Assembly (NCBI GenBank): GCA_947595215.1
Contig: CANQEO010000002.1
Location: 3,253 to 67,252 of the forward strand
Direction: 5' to 3'
Source: an uncultured Bacilli bacterium
GTDB lineage: Bacteria; Bacillota_I; Bacilli_A; RFN20; CAG-449
DNA length: 64,000 bases
The first letter of the stretch is position 1, and the number at the start of each line of letters is the position of its first letter. The notes under the pieces are model-generated. The model did not search any database. It was given only the letters and a program-made list of their open reading frames with translations, and was not told the DNA's origin. Below, piece after piece: positions 10,272 through 21,153 of this stretch. The position numbers and the translations under genes are program-made.

Positions 10272-11114
10272 CTAAGAGGCAACTTTTTTGGTTGACTTCT
10301 TCGATTTGTTAACTTGCCTTTCAGTTTTTCTCTTTTGCTTTTCTAGCACTTTAGCCTCTTTATTTTCTCGTTTAATATCTTCTTGCACTTCTTCTAATAG
10401 TTTTTTATATGTTTCATTTTCATCAATTAATACTTTACGCGAAAACACTTTATAAGCTTCTTCACCGCTAAGTTGAATTACTAATAAACAGATTTTGTTT
10501 GTAATCATCGATATCGAGGTATCCACAACAGCTTTTTTCATCCAGTGAAATGGATTAAATAAATTTAAAGTAGAAGAAACTGTTTTTATCTTCTCGGGCA
10601 CATTATGTTTCTTTACCTCTTTAACAGGTTTAGAATTTGTTGTCTCCACGAATGAAAGAATAGTCGATAATTTCATTTTCCGAAAGATTCTTATCAATTT
10701 TTTCGAAAATATTTCTTCTATTCTTTCAGTGATATATTTGCTTAACAGCAATAGTTCATCAATCGTTAATTCAGCAACTGGTTTTTTCGATTTTGGATGA
10801 TGCCAAGATGCAATTTGATAAACTAATTCTTTTATGCAGGAAACTAAAGCATCATCTTTTAATTCTTCGGTTTTTATTCTTCGCTTATATTCTTGCTTGT
10901 AATTCTCTATTAAATTAAGTATTTCTTGATCTTTAATATTCTTATTAGCGTTATCGATGATATAACGTGTTTTTCTAAGTGAAATTAGAACACTATAAAG
11001 ATAAATTAAAAAAGTTAATGTAACACCAAATAATATCCCCGTAATAAAGGTGATTACTAATGACAAATTTAATTCGAACTCGATTCCAAAAACTTCAAAT
11101 AAAAAATAGCTCAT
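10272..11114 (-). CDS. hypothetical membrane-anchored protein with Lys/Glu-rich C-terminal tail
   Basis: 280 aa. One N-terminal TM (LVITFITGILFGVTLTFLIYLY). Coiled-coil-like charged C-terminus. No recognisable motif. Confidence 0.4.
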   Translation of the reverse strand: MSYFLFEVFGIEFELNLSLVITFITGILFGVTLTFLIYLYSVLISLRKTRYIIDNANKNIKDQEILNLIENYKQEYKRRIKTEELKDDALVSCIKELVYQIASWHHPKSKKPVAELTIDELLLLSKYITERIEEIFSKKLIRIFRKMKLSTILSFVETTNSKPVKEVKKHNVPEKIKTVSSTLNLFNPFHWMKKAVVDTSISMITNKICLLVIQLSGEEAYKVFSRKVLIDENETYKKLLEEVQEDIKRENKEAKVLEKQKRKTERQVNKSKKSTKKVAS

Positions 11115-11179
11115 CGAATTATACTCCTAATTGAAATTATAAGAGATTTAGAAATCCGATGAAACTATTTTAAATAAAA

Positions 11180-13663
11180 TTAAAAAGTGACCTTGTAACC
11201 GGCTTCAGAAATCTTTTGTGATATCAATTCATTTTTTGTTTCATCTTTAGATTCCATTTTGACTACTTTTGATTTTAAGTCAACATCGACTGATACGACC
11301 CCATCGATTGTAAGCAGTGCTTCTTTAACATGTTTGACACAATGTTCACACATCATACCTTCGACTTTAAATGTTTTTGTAACCATACTTTTCTTTACCT
11401 CCTTATTACCTAATGGTTTAAATAACCTAATTCTTAGTGCGTTAAGACATACACAAATGCTTGATAAACTCATTGCTAATGCTGCAATCATCGGATTTAG
11501 TTTTATCCCTGAAATTTGATATAATACACCAGCAGCTAAAGGAATTCCGATTATATTGTAAAAAAACGCCCAAAATAAATTCATTTTAATATTATTAAGT
11601 GTCTTTTTACTTAATCTAATCGCATCGACTACATCTATTAAATCACTTCTCATTAAGATGATGTCAGCAGCATCAATTGCAATATCTGAACCTGCACCGA
11701 TCGCAATTCCAATATCAGCTTTAGTTAGAGCAATAGAGTCATTTATTCCATCTCCAACCATTGCTACTTTATTACCATTTTGCTGCAAAGTAGCGATAAC
11801 TCTTTCTTTTTCTGCTGGTAATACTTCACTTATTACTTCATCTATACCGATTTGATCAGCGATAACTTGAGCACTCTTTTTATTATCTCCAGTGAGCATT
11901 ATAGTTTTGATATTTTTTGAATTCAACCAACCTATTGCTTGCTTACTTGTTGCTTTAATGCTATCTGAAACACCTATAGCACCTAAAAGACTTTTATTGT
12001 CAAATAAAAGTAGCAAAGTCATACCCGCTTCAGTCATTTCATTTATAACTTTAAGATCGCAATTCACATTCTTTTCTTTTGCTAATGATATACTTCCACA
12101 ATAGTATTCATGATTATTGTAGAATCCTTTAACGCCTTTCCCGACGATCGTTTCAAACTTTTCTATATCTTTCGAAGCAATGTTTTTAATATTGGCATAC
12201 TCTATTACTGCAGAAGCTAGAGGATGTGATGACTTTTCTTCCAATCCTAATATAATAGAAAGAATTTCTTCTATATTTAAATCATTAAATATCTCTATTC
12301 TTTGAACTTTCGGTTTACCTTCTGTAATCGTTCCAGTTTTATCAAATACCACACATGAAACATTATGTAAATTTTCTAAAGCGACAGCTGATTTAAATAG
12401 AATATGATTATTAGCTCCAACTCCTGTACCAACCATAATTGCTAATGGTGTTGCTAGACCCAAGGCACAAGGGCAGCTAATAACTAATACTGAAATAGCG
12501 ATTGATAAACTAAACTCAACACTTGCTCCAACTATTAACCAAACAATTAGAGCGATAATACTAATACTCATTACCACCGGAACAAAGATGCCACTGATTT
12601 TATCGGCAAGTCTTGATATTGGTGCTTTTGATGAAGCCGCCTCTTCAACTAATTTAACAATAGTAGCTACAGTTGAATCTGAACAAATTTTATCAGCACG
12701 ATATTTAAATGTTCCTAGAGTGTTAATAGAACCAGATACGACATGATCATTTATACTTTTATAAACTGGTATACTTTCACCACTTATCATTGATTCATCG
12801 ATGGTAGATTCCCCTTCAAAAATCGTTCCATCACAAGCCACTATCATTCCTGGTTTACAAATTAAAATATCTCCGATTGCGATTTCATCTACCAGTACTT
12901 CAATTTCATTTCCATCAACAACTTTGAGTGCTGTTTTAGGTGTAAGATTAAGTAATTTATCTAAAGTCTCACTGGTTTTCTTTTTTGATCTGCTTTCTAA
13001 ATATTTTCCGATTGTAACTAAAGTTAATATTGTTCCTGCAGATTCAAAATAAAGATCCATATGATACATATGAACAGTAGCCATATCGTTTGTCGCTAAA
13101 GCATTACCAATCCGACAAATCGCGAATATTCCGTATATCATAGCGGCACTGGCACCAAGCGCTACTAAACTATCCATATTTGGAGCGCGATGAACTAATT
13201 TTTTAAATCCCGAAATAAAATATTGACGATTGTAATATATAATGGGAAGTACTATTAGAAATTGAGCAAACGCGAACGTAATAATGTTTTCTTCTCCATC
13301 CATAAATGGAGGTAAAGGTATACCTACCATATGTCCCATTGCCACATACATTAAAATTACGAAAAATACTATTGAAACTATAAGGCGAACTTTCATTTGC
13401 TTTTCAGTTTCATCATATGTTTTCAAATCTTTTGATGTTGTATCGAAAGTTTTTTTCTTTTTAATTCCATAACCAACTTTAATGACCGCTTGTTCTATTT
13501 CATTAATAGATGTTTTAGTTTCTTCAAAAGTCACTTTTGCAGAGTTAGTAATTAAATTAACTTCAGCGTTTTTTACTCCATCCACTTTTCTTAATGCCTT
13601 TTCGACCGTATTTGCACAAGCCGAACAAGTCATTCCAGTTACTTCAATTCTTCTTTCTATCAT
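11180..13663 (-). CDS. copA: copper-translocating P1B-type ATPase
   Basis: 827 aa. N-terminal HMA GMTCSAC, CPC motif SCPCALGLATP, DKTGT, GDGINDS, and a second HMA at the C-terminus (GMMCEHC). Confidence 0.95.
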   Translation of the reverse strand: MIERRIEVTGMTCSACANTVEKALRKVDGVKNAEVNLITNSAKVTFEETKTSINEIEQAVIKVGYGIKKKKTFDTTSKDLKTYDETEKQMKVRLIVSIVFFVILMYVAMGHMVGIPLPPFMDGEENIITFAFAQFLIVLPIIYYNRQYFISGFKKLVHRAPNMDSLVALGASAAMIYGIFAICRIGNALATNDMATVHMYHMDLYFESAGTILTLVTIGKYLESRSKKKTSETLDKLLNLTPKTALKVVDGNEIEVLVDEIAIGDILICKPGMIVACDGTIFEGESTIDESMISGESIPVYKSINDHVVSGSINTLGTFKYRADKICSDSTVATIVKLVEEAASSKAPISRLADKISGIFVPVVMSISIIALIVWLIVGASVEFSLSIAISVLVISCPCALGLATPLAIMVGTGVGANNHILFKSAVALENLHNVSCVVFDKTGTITEGKPKVQRIEIFNDLNIEEILSIILGLEEKSSHPLASAVIEYANIKNIASKDIEKFETIVGKGVKGFYNNHEYYCGSISLAKEKNVNCDLKVINEMTEAGMTLLLLFDNKSLLGAIGVSDSIKATSKQAIGWLNSKNIKTIMLTGDNKKSAQVIADQIGIDEVISEVLPAEKERVIATLQQNGNKVAMVGDGINDSIALTKADIGIAIGAGSDIAIDAADIILMRSDLIDVVDAIRLSKKTLNNIKMNLFWAFFYNIIGIPLAAGVLYQISGIKLNPMIAALAMSLSSICVCLNALRIRLFKPLGNKEVKKSMVTKTFKVEGMMCEHCVKHVKEALLTIDGVVSVDVDLKSKVVKMESKDETKNELISQKISEAGYKVTF

Positions 13664-13920
13664 AATGCTTTACCTAATAACCTGGTAATTTCTTCGATTT
13701 TGTCATCAGCGTTACCACTAGCAAAAGCTTGTTGAACGCATCCTTTGATATGACCTTCTAATATCAGGATTTCCGCTTTTTTCAAAATTGCAGTCGCTGC
13801 TTGGATTTGATTGCAAATATCAATACAATATCTTCCATCTTCAATCATTTTTATGATTCCTTCAATTTGACCGCGTACAGTTTTTAATTGTTTAAAAGCA
13901 TTTTCTCTTTCTTTTGTCAT
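13660..13920 (-). CDS. csoR: CsoR-family copper-sensing repressor
   Basis: 86 aa. C-H-C ligand pattern (RYCIDI...GHIKGC). 4-nt overlap with copA. Confidence 0.9.
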   Translation of the reverse strand: MTKERENAFKQLKTVRGQIEGIIKMIEDGRYCIDICNQIQAATAILKKAEILILEGHIKGCVQQAFASGNADDKIEEITRLLGKAL

Positions 13921-13931
13921 ACACTATCTCC

Positions 13932-13986
13932 ATACACCCGAGTGGGGTGTATATTTATGATACACCTAAAAAACAAATTTTAGCAA
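13932..13986 (-). promoter_or_regulatory. csoR-copA promoter with CsoR-type operator
   Basis: Minus strand: TTGCTA (13986-13981), 18 nt, TATCAT (13962-13957), then the GC-rich inverted repeat ATACACCC-n5-GGGTGTAT (13952-13932), then the SD. Resembles known CsoR operators (ATACCC...GGGTAT). Confidence 0.7.
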
Positions 13987-14000
13987 CCAAAATGATTAAA

Positions 14001-15014
14001 TTATTGATTAATTAATCTAACACCTTCAAATTCGCCCCCATTTAACATTTTGTCAGGTGTTGAAAACATTATGGTAACGCTATTATTGTCGATATTAATA
14101 TGATAGATTTTGATTCCACCTTCTAAATCTTCATAAGAAATTCTCATTCCGATTACTTTATCACTTTCAATTACATATTCATCAATATAATTTTTACCGA
14201 TATTCAAATAAATCAAATAAATATAATTGTTAAAAATTTTTTCATACAAAGAACGATGAAACGAAAAATCACTACCACAATCAAACGTTACAACAATAAG
14301 TCTTTGATCATCTTTTTGTGCAGTAGTAACTAAAGTTCTTTTAGCCTTTCTTGTATATCCTGTTTTACCACCAATACAATATTTATATTGCTTTAAAAGC
14401 TTATTTTTATTTTCCCAAACTCCTTTAATATTGTTTTTATATGATTTAGTTCTTACTATTTCTTGAAATAACTCATTTTCCATACAATATGACATTAATA
14501 ATGCCATATCATAACAAGATGAAATATTCCCAGCATCAAAAATGTCAAGTCCGGAAGGATTATTAAATGTTGTATTTTTCATGCCGATTTCTTGAGCTTT
14601 TGTATTCATTATTGAAACAAAACGTTGAACATCTCCTGCAACATTTTTTGCAATTAAAACTGCAGCATCGTTTCCACTTCTTAACATTAAGCCATATACT
14701 AAATCAATTATTGTTATTTTATCTCCTATTGATAAATATAAAGATGATCCCTCAATTGTATTGATTATATCATCAACCTCGATAATATTAAAAAGTTTAT
14801 CACTTTCTAAAGCGATTATCGCTGTCATAATTTTAGATATAGAGGCTACAGAATATGATTTCTTAATATCTTTTCCTTCAAGTACTTCTCTCGAATATGC
14901 ATCCATAACAATATAGTTACGAGCATAAAAACTAGTTTCCGCTTTTGCAACACTAGTAGTTTGGAAAGAAAATAGTGTAATAAGTAGCGACAATAATAAA
15001 ATGATTTTCTTCAT
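14001..15014 (-). CDS. D-alanyl-D-alanine carboxypeptidase (S11 low-MW PBP)
   Basis: 337 aa. Signal peptide, SxxK (SISKIMT), SxN (RSGND), KTG (GGKTGYT). Confidence 0.9.
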   Translation of the reverse strand: MKKIILLLSLLITLFSFQTTSVAKAETSFYARNYIVMDAYSREVLEGKDIKKSYSVASISKIMTAIIALESDKLFNIIEVDDIINTIEGSSLYLSIGDKITIIDLVYGLMLRSGNDAAVLIAKNVAGDVQRFVSIMNTKAQEIGMKNTTFNNPSGLDIFDAGNISSCYDMALLMSYCMENELFQEIVRTKSYKNNIKGVWENKNKLLKQYKYCIGGKTGYTRKAKRTLVTTAQKDDQRLIVVTFDCGSDFSFHRSLYEKIFNNYIYLIYLNIGKNYIDEYVIESDKVIGMRISYEDLEGGIKIYHINIDNNSVTIMFSTPDKMLNGGEFEGVRLINQ

Positions 15015-15149
15015 ACTTCACTATATTTATAAATTATTTTTTTAAGAACTTTTTTCATTCAACATTCTAATGAAATATTTAAAAATTATTAAAATTATTA
15101 TTATATTAAATATAGCTGGTTTATTTTTTAAACAAATTAAAAAGAGCTA

Positions 15150-15992
15150 CTAAATAATGCTCTTTTTAATTAAAACATCGCAGAATTTTTCTAAATCATT
15201 TTTATTTTTAAAACTAAATGATACTTTATTTTTCGTAAAACGCACATTAGAATTAAATTTTTGTTCTAACTTTTTTTTAAGGTCTATGAACTCATCAGTT
15301 CCATTAATAGATGAAATGTAATCTTCAAGTTGACGAACCGAATATCTTTTATCTATTATTTTTGTTAATACTTCTTCTTGAGTTTTTTCATCAAGAACCA
15401 CAAGAACTCGAGCATGACCAAAACTAATATGACCCTTTTTTAATTCATCCAGCACATGTTTAGATAATTTTAATAATCTAATCGAATTAGTAATTTGACT
15501 GACCGATTGATGAGTCATAATTGCGATATCATTACGGCTGATTCCAAATTTTTTTGTGGCCGCTTTATAAGCATATGCTTTATTTAATATAGAAACTTTG
15601 CTATCGTTTGAATTATGTTTAAGTACCATATAAACCATTAGTTCATCGGATATTGGCCTAACTCTTAAAGGAATTTCTTTTAAATTTAACTTTTTGGCAA
15701 TAAAGTATCTTTGACATCCAGAAATAATTTCATATTTATCTTCTATTTTTCTAGCTAATAGAGGAACCAAGATTCCATTTTTTAAAATTGAATTTGTTAA
15801 ATCTTTAACTTCATCTTCATCAACAACGTAGTTTTTACATAGCGGATTCATAGTAACATCTTTAGATGCAACTTTAATAATTGTTTCTTTTTCAAAATTT
15901 TGATTTAAGACTTCAAACAAATCATCATTTTGATATTGTTCGATAAGATTAGCTAATGAGGTATTTTGTATAACGCTACTCTTTTTAGCCAT
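15150..15992 (-). CDS. parB: ParB/Spo0J-family partition protein
   Basis: 280 aa. ParB N-terminal box (ISGCQRYFIAKKL) and an HTH. Overlaps parA by 8 nt. Confidence 0.85.
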   Translation of the reverse strand: MAKKSSVIQNTSLANLIEQYQNDDLFEVLNQNFEKETIIKVASKDVTMNPLCKNYVVDEDEVKDLTNSILKNGILVPLLARKIEDKYEIISGCQRYFIAKKLNLKEIPLRVRPISDELMVYMVLKHNSNDSKVSILNKAYAYKAATKKFGISRNDIAIMTHQSVSQITNSIRLLKLSKHVLDELKKGHISFGHARVLVVLDEKTQEEVLTKIIDKRYSVRQLEDYISSINGTDEFIDLKKKLEQKFNSNVRFTKNKVSFSFKNKNDLEKFCDVLIKKSII

Positions 15993-16743
15993 TTATAATC
16001 TCCTTAGCTAAAGATAAGTATGCGACACTACCAGAAGCAGTAGGTTTAAAAATGTTAATAGGTTTACCTTTTGCAGCCGCTTCCGCTAAAGAAATATTTC
16101 TAGGAATTTGAGTGGTAAAAGTTCTCTCTCTAAATAATCCTCTAATCTCTGTAGTAACTTCAGTAGCAAGCCTTGTACGCGGATCATACATTGTAAGCAA
16201 AAATCCCATAATCTCCAAAGATTCATTATATTTGCTTTGAACTTTAGCAATAGAGGATAAAACTTGAGATACACCTTCTAAAGCAAAGTATTCACATTGG
16301 ACAGGAATAAGCACCTTATCCGCTGCACATAAAGCGTTAACAGTTAAAAACCCTAAAGAAGGCGGACAATCGATAAACATATAATCATAATCGGCGACAA
16401 TATTACCAAGATGCTTTTTCAAAAGATAAAAGCCATCGTTTGTGCCATTAATTGAACCTTCAGTAGCTGATAATTTCAAATTAGCAGGAACGATATCAAG
16501 ATTTTTCATCGCTGTCTTTTTAATAACGCGATTAATATCGTAATCATTTACCAGTACATCAAAAATAGTTTTATTCAAACTGGTTGGATCAACACCAACA
16601 CCTCTTGAACAATTTCCTTGTGGATCAAAATCAATGAGCAATACTTTTTTACCTAATTGCACTAGAGAAGATGCAAGAGATATAGAAGTCGTAGTTTTAC
16701 CGACTCCTCCTTTTTGATTGCTAATTGCGATAATCGTTGTCAT
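15985..16743 (-). CDS. parA: ParA/Soj chromosome-partitioning ATPase
   Basis: Deviant Walker A NQKGGVGKTTT. 252 aa. Confidence 0.95.
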   Translation of the reverse strand: MTTIIAISNQKGGVGKTTTSISLASSLVQLGKKVLLIDFDPQGNCSRGVGVDPTSLNKTIFDVLVNDYDINRVIKKTAMKNLDIVPANLKLSATEGSINGTNDGFYLLKKHLGNIVADYDYMFIDCPPSLGFLTVNALCAADKVLIPVQCEYFALEGVSQVLSSIAKVQSKYNESLEIMGFLLTMYDPRTRLATEVTTEIRGLFRERTFTTQIPRNISLAEAAAKGKPINIFKPTASGSVAYLSLAKEIING

Positions 16744-16775
16744 GCATTGTACCTACTTTTTTACTTCACTTTATA

Positions 16776-17483
16776 TTAAAGCGGATTTTTTTTAATTTGG
16801 GAATAATTTCGCGGATATTTATCTAAAGTTTTACATTTTTTATAAATAATTAAATTATTTCTTTCCTCATTATTGGTCGGTAGAAAAAGTTTATCCACTA
16901 AGTTTACTTCACCATGTAACTCATAAAGAGCATGCTTTGATTCTTCAATTTCTTCTTGAGCGTTTTTTCCTTTTAGCGCTAATAGAAAACCGCCAACCTT
17001 TAGAAGTGGAAAAGATAATTCTAAAAGAATTTGTAACTTTGCAACCGCACGAGATGTAACAACATCAAAATACTCACAATATGATGGCAGTAAATCTTCA
17101 CTTCTTTCCGCGATTACTGTAACATTTGTCAAATCTAATTCACGAATAACATCTTCGAGAAACAACGCTCTTTTTTTAGTTGGTTCGATTAATGTAAAAT
17201 GATAGTCTTTTAAAACAATAGCTAAAGGAATACCTGGAAAACCTGCACCACTTCCAATATCAGCAATTTCTAGTTTAGTTTCTCTAATTAAATGCGGAAC
17301 CACTAATAAACTATCATAAAAATGCTTTTCATAAATACCTTCTTCATCATCTATTGAAGTAAGATTCATAACTTTATTTTTTTCTTGAAGCATTATCATG
17401 TATTTCTTGAAATTTAAAAATTGAAATCCATCTAAAGAAATTCCAATTTGTTTTAACGCTTCTTTAAAATGAATCTCATTCAT
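16776..17483 (-). CDS. rsmG: 16S rRNA (guanine527-N7)-methyltransferase
   Basis: 235 aa. SAM motif DIGSGAGFPGIPLAI. Position after mnmG. Confidence 0.9.
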   Translation of the reverse strand: MNEIHFKEALKQIGISLDGFQFLNFKKYMIMLQEKNKVMNLTSIDDEEGIYEKHFYDSLLVVPHLIRETKLEIADIGSGAGFPGIPLAIVLKDYHFTLIEPTKKRALFLEDVIRELDLTNVTVIAERSEDLLPSYCEYFDVVTSRAVAKLQILLELSFPLLKVGGFLLALKGKNAQEEIEESKHALYELHGEVNLVDKLFLPTNNEERNNLIIYKKCKTLDKYPRNYSQIKKNPL

Positions 17484-19338
17484 GTTGATACCTCTTTACA
17501 TAAATTAATAACATTGCAATATCACTTGGATTAATACCACTGATTCTAGATGCCTCACCAATATTCTTCGGTTGAAATTTTGTAAGTTTTTGGCGTGCTT
17601 CTAAAGCTAACCCCTCAAGATTATTAAAATCTAAACCTACCGGAATAGCAATGCTTTCCATCTTAATTAATCTTTCAGCATCTTTCTTTTGTTTTTCAAT
17701 ATAACCTTCGTATTTTATATTAACTTCTAATTGAGTTGTAGCAGTATCATTTAGATCTAAAAGGTTTGGAACAAATTCTTTTAAACGATTATATTTAACT
17801 AATGGTCTTTTCAATAAATTAGCGGCCGAAGTTCCCGCTTTAAAATCGCTATAGCCTAATTCTTTTAAATATTCTAAAAGCTCTTTACTATCAGAAAGAT
17901 AGGTTGATTTTAATATTTTTTCATTTACTGACAATTTTTCTTTTTTATCTAGAAATTTTTGATAACGTTCTTCACTTATTAAACCGATATTATAACCATG
18001 TTCTGTGAGTCTCAAATCAGCATTATCGTGACGCATCAAAAGGCGATATTCCGCTCTTGAAGAAAGAAGACGATATGGTTCTTGTGTACCTTTTAAAACT
18101 AAATCATCTATCATAACACCAATGTAAGCTTCATCGCGTCTTAAAATCAAAGGCTCTTTACCTTGCACTTTTAAACTAGCATTAACACCTGCCATCAAAC
18201 CAAGACCTGCAGCTTCTTCATATCCGGAAGTGCCACATATTTGTCCCGCACAAAATAATCCTGGCCATTTTTTGATTTCTAAAGTGTGATCAAATTGGGT
18301 TGGAACGATCGCATCATATTCAATTGCATAGGCATACTTTAAAATTTCGGCGTGTTCTAATCCTTTTAAAGATCTTACCATCTGTAATTGAACATCTTCT
18401 GGCATCGAAGTAGAAAAGCCTTGAAGATAAATTGAATCAGTTAATCTAGATTCCGGTTCAAGAAATAATTGATGTCGTGGTTTGTCCGCAAAACGAACTA
18501 TTTTATCTTCAATACTTGGGCAATATCTTGGTCCAACACCCTTTACAATTCCACCATACATCGCCGATTTTTCTAAATTATCACGAATGATTTGATGAGT
18601 TTTTTCATTAGTATATGTTAAATAGCATACAATTTGCTTTTCTAATGGTATATAATCTCCAGTTTCATAGGAAAATGCCAATTTACCTTCAGTTCCATAT
18701 TGAGGTTCTAAAACTGAATAATCAATTGAATCTTTTTTTATACGCTGTGGTGTACCGGTTTTCAATCTAAATATATCAATTCCCATCTTTTTAAGATTTG
18801 GTGACAATCCTAAAGATGGATTCTCTCCATCTGGTCCACCACTTTTAGCTTTATGACCAATAAGGATTTCGCTTTCCATGTAAGTACCAGTAGTAAGAAT
18901 CACTGTTTTAGATTCGAAAGTTCCATCTTTGGTAATAACACCATAGACTTTTTTATCATCATGTAAAAGATCAATGACCATCTTCTCTAAAATTGTCAGA
19001 TTTTTAGTGTTTTCGGCTAATTCTTGCATATAACGAGGATAAGTCAATTTATCTTCTTGAGCTCTTAAGCATTGGACACCCGGACCTTTTCCTGTGTTAA
19101 GCATTTTCATTTGAAGGTATTCGTGATCAGCAGCGATACCCATCATACCACCTAAAGCATCGATTTCACGAACTACGATTCCTTTTGCCGAACCACCAAT
19201 AGAAGGATTGCATGGCATATTAGCCATCATCTTTTTATTCAACGTTAAAAGCAAAGTGTTCATGCCCATATGACTAGCAGCAAAAGCCGCTTCCATTCCA
19301 GCGTGACCACCGCCAACTACAATTACATCGTACATCAT
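17476..19338 (-). CDS. mnmG: tRNA uridine 5-carboxymethylaminomethyl modification enzyme
   Basis: 620 aa. FAD motif YDVIVVGGGHAGMEAA. Full-length GidA-like sequence. Confidence 0.97.
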   Translation of the reverse strand: MMYDVIVVGGGHAGMEAAFAASHMGMNTLLLTLNKKMMANMPCNPSIGGSAKGIVVREIDALGGMMGIAADHEYLQMKMLNTGKGPGVQCLRAQEDKLTYPRYMQELAENTKNLTILEKMVIDLLHDDKKVYGVITKDGTFESKTVILTTGTYMESEILIGHKAKSGGPDGENPSLGLSPNLKKMGIDIFRLKTGTPQRIKKDSIDYSVLEPQYGTEGKLAFSYETGDYIPLEKQIVCYLTYTNEKTHQIIRDNLEKSAMYGGIVKGVGPRYCPSIEDKIVRFADKPRHQLFLEPESRLTDSIYLQGFSTSMPEDVQLQMVRSLKGLEHAEILKYAYAIEYDAIVPTQFDHTLEIKKWPGLFCAGQICGTSGYEEAAGLGLMAGVNASLKVQGKEPLILRRDEAYIGVMIDDLVLKGTQEPYRLLSSRAEYRLLMRHDNADLRLTEHGYNIGLISEERYQKFLDKKEKLSVNEKILKSTYLSDSKELLEYLKELGYSDFKAGTSAANLLKRPLVKYNRLKEFVPNLLDLNDTATTQLEVNIKYEGYIEKQKKDAERLIKMESIAIPVGLDFNNLEGLALEARQKLTKFQPKNIGEASRISGINPSDIAMLLIYVKRYQHE

Positions 19339-20729
19339 TATCCGATGCTTCCTTCCATATCCATCTTAATTAGTTGATTTAATTCAACCGCATATTCCAT
19401 TGGAAGCTCTTTTGAGAATGGTTCAATAAATCCCATAATAATCATTTGAGTAGCATCTTTTTCACTGAGTCCACGACTCATTAAATAGAATAATTGATCT
19501 TCACTAATCTTGCTGACTGTCGCTTCATGTTCCAAGAATGACGTATTATTAGCAACGATATTTGTTGGAATTGTATCAGACTTAGAATAATCATCTAAAA
19601 TCAAAGTATCACATTCGACATGAGCTTTAGAATTCTTAGCATCTTTCGAAATGAATACTTTACCTCGATAATTGGCAACTCCGCCTCTTTTTACAACAGA
19701 TTTAGAAATTATAGATGAGGTTGTATCTTCTGCTAAATGTATCATTTTAGCACCTGCGTCTTGTTCTTGAAGGCGATCGGCAACCGCGATAGAGATACAG
19801 GTACCTTTAGCTCTCGGCCCCGCTAAAACGCAACAAGGATATTTCATATTTAATTGACTTCCGATGTTACCATCAATCCATTCCATCATTCCATCTTCTT
19901 GTACTAATGCTCTTTTGGTAACTAAATTTACGATATTATTAGACCAGTTTTGAATCGTTGAATAACGGCATTTTGCACCTTTTAAAATAACGATTTCAAC
20001 AACAGCCGCATGAAGTGATTCTTTAGAATAAATGGGAGCAGTACATCCTTCTACATAGTGCACATAAGCACCTTCATCAACGATGATTAAAGTGCGTTCA
20101 AATTGACCGCTTTTTTCATTATTAATTCTGAAATAAGATTGCAAGGGTTTTTCTAGTTTTACTCCTTTGGGAACATAAATGAATGATCCTCCAGACCAAA
20201 CAGCTCCATTTAAAGCCGCAAATTTATTGTCATCATAACTAACAACCGAACTAAAGTACTTTTGAAATAATTCAGGGCAAGTTTTTAAAGCAGTATCAGT
20301 CGAAAGGAAAATAACTCCTTTTTCTTCTACTTCTTTTAGCATATTATGATATACTACTTCAGACTCATATTGAGTAGAAACACCAGCTAAATATTTTTGT
20401 TCGGCTTGAGGAATTCCAAGTTTAGAGAAAGTTTCTTTAATTGTTTCAGGAACTTCATCCCAACTGTTTTCTTCTTTGTCACTAGGGCGGATAAAGTATG
20501 TGTATGAATTAAAATCTAGTTGAGACAAATTTGGTCCGTAAGATGGAAGACTCATCTCCAAAAATTTATGGTAACTTTTTAAACGAAATTCAAGCATCCA
20601 TTCCGGTTCTTTTTTATATCTTGAGATTTCTTTTATGATGTCTTCATTAAGACCGATAGCAGTTTTAGCAATCGACACATCTTCATTATGAAAACCATAT
20701 TTGTATTCTTCGTTATTCATGGTCGTCAT
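19338..20729 (-). CDS. sufB: Fe-S cluster assembly scaffold SufB
   Basis: 463 aa. Classic SufB sequence. Its stop overlaps the mnmG ATG (TAATG). Confidence 0.95.
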   Translation of the reverse strand: MTTMNNEEYKYGFHNEDVSIAKTAIGLNEDIIKEISRYKKEPEWMLEFRLKSYHKFLEMSLPSYGPNLSQLDFNSYTYFIRPSDKEENSWDEVPETIKETFSKLGIPQAEQKYLAGVSTQYESEVVYHNMLKEVEEKGVIFLSTDTALKTCPELFQKYFSSVVSYDDNKFAALNGAVWSGGSFIYVPKGVKLEKPLQSYFRINNEKSGQFERTLIIVDEGAYVHYVEGCTAPIYSKESLHAAVVEIVILKGAKCRYSTIQNWSNNIVNLVTKRALVQEDGMMEWIDGNIGSQLNMKYPCCVLAGPRAKGTCISIAVADRLQEQDAGAKMIHLAEDTTSSIISKSVVKRGGVANYRGKVFISKDAKNSKAHVECDTLILDDYSKSDTIPTNIVANNTSFLEHEATVSKISEDQLFYLMSRGLSEKDATQMIIMGFIEPFSKELPMEYAVELNQLIKMDMEGSIG

Positions 20730-21153
20730 CTCCTAAAATTTGTTTCATGCCATTCCAACCGATAGTAGCGCATTTAATACGCGCTGCTTGTTTTGAAGTA
20801 TTCATAAAAACAATCGCTTCATCAAGTTTTTCTGGATCATATTCTTCTTCATGAATCATATGCATATAGTTAGCTATAATATCTTCCGCTTCTAGAACAC
20901 TTTTATTTAACAATAATTCGGTCATAATCGAAGTTGAAGCAGTCGAAATAGCGCAACCAACACCATGCCAACATACATCAACAAGACGATCGTCAATAAT
21001 TTTAGCCTGTATATAAATTTTATCGATACAAGAGGTTGAATCCATAAAAACTGTTTTATATGTTTCATCGTTTTCTTCGCGTCTATTACGTGGATTTTGA
21101 TAATGATCCATAATGATTTCTCTCATCATCTCGTTAGTCATTGAAAAATGCAT
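20713..21153 (-). CDS. sufU: SufU/IscU-like sulfur-transfer protein
   Basis: [10 protein letters not shown] plus Cys ligands. AAAGGTGGTGA lies 8 nt before the ATG at 21153, so I prefer that start over the GTG at 21168. The start remains uncertain (21141 is also possible). Confidence 0.85.
   Translation of the reverse strand: MHFSMTNEMMREIIMDHYQNPRNRREENDETYKTVFMDSTSCIDKIYIQAKIIDDRLVDVCWHGVGCAISTASTSIMTELLLNKSVLEAEDIIANYMHMIHEEEYDPEKLDEAIVFMNTSKQAARIKCATIGWNGMKQILGDDDHE

Noticed and set aside
11259-13688. Six plus-strand ORFs of 62-86 aa inside copA (11259-11519, 11658-11855, 11892-12104, 12801-13052, 13284-13472, 13482-13688)
   Set aside because: They lie antisense to a fully conserved P-type ATPase gene, lack SD sequences, and have low-complexity Ser/Ile/Thr-rich products typical of shadow frames in AT-rich DNA.
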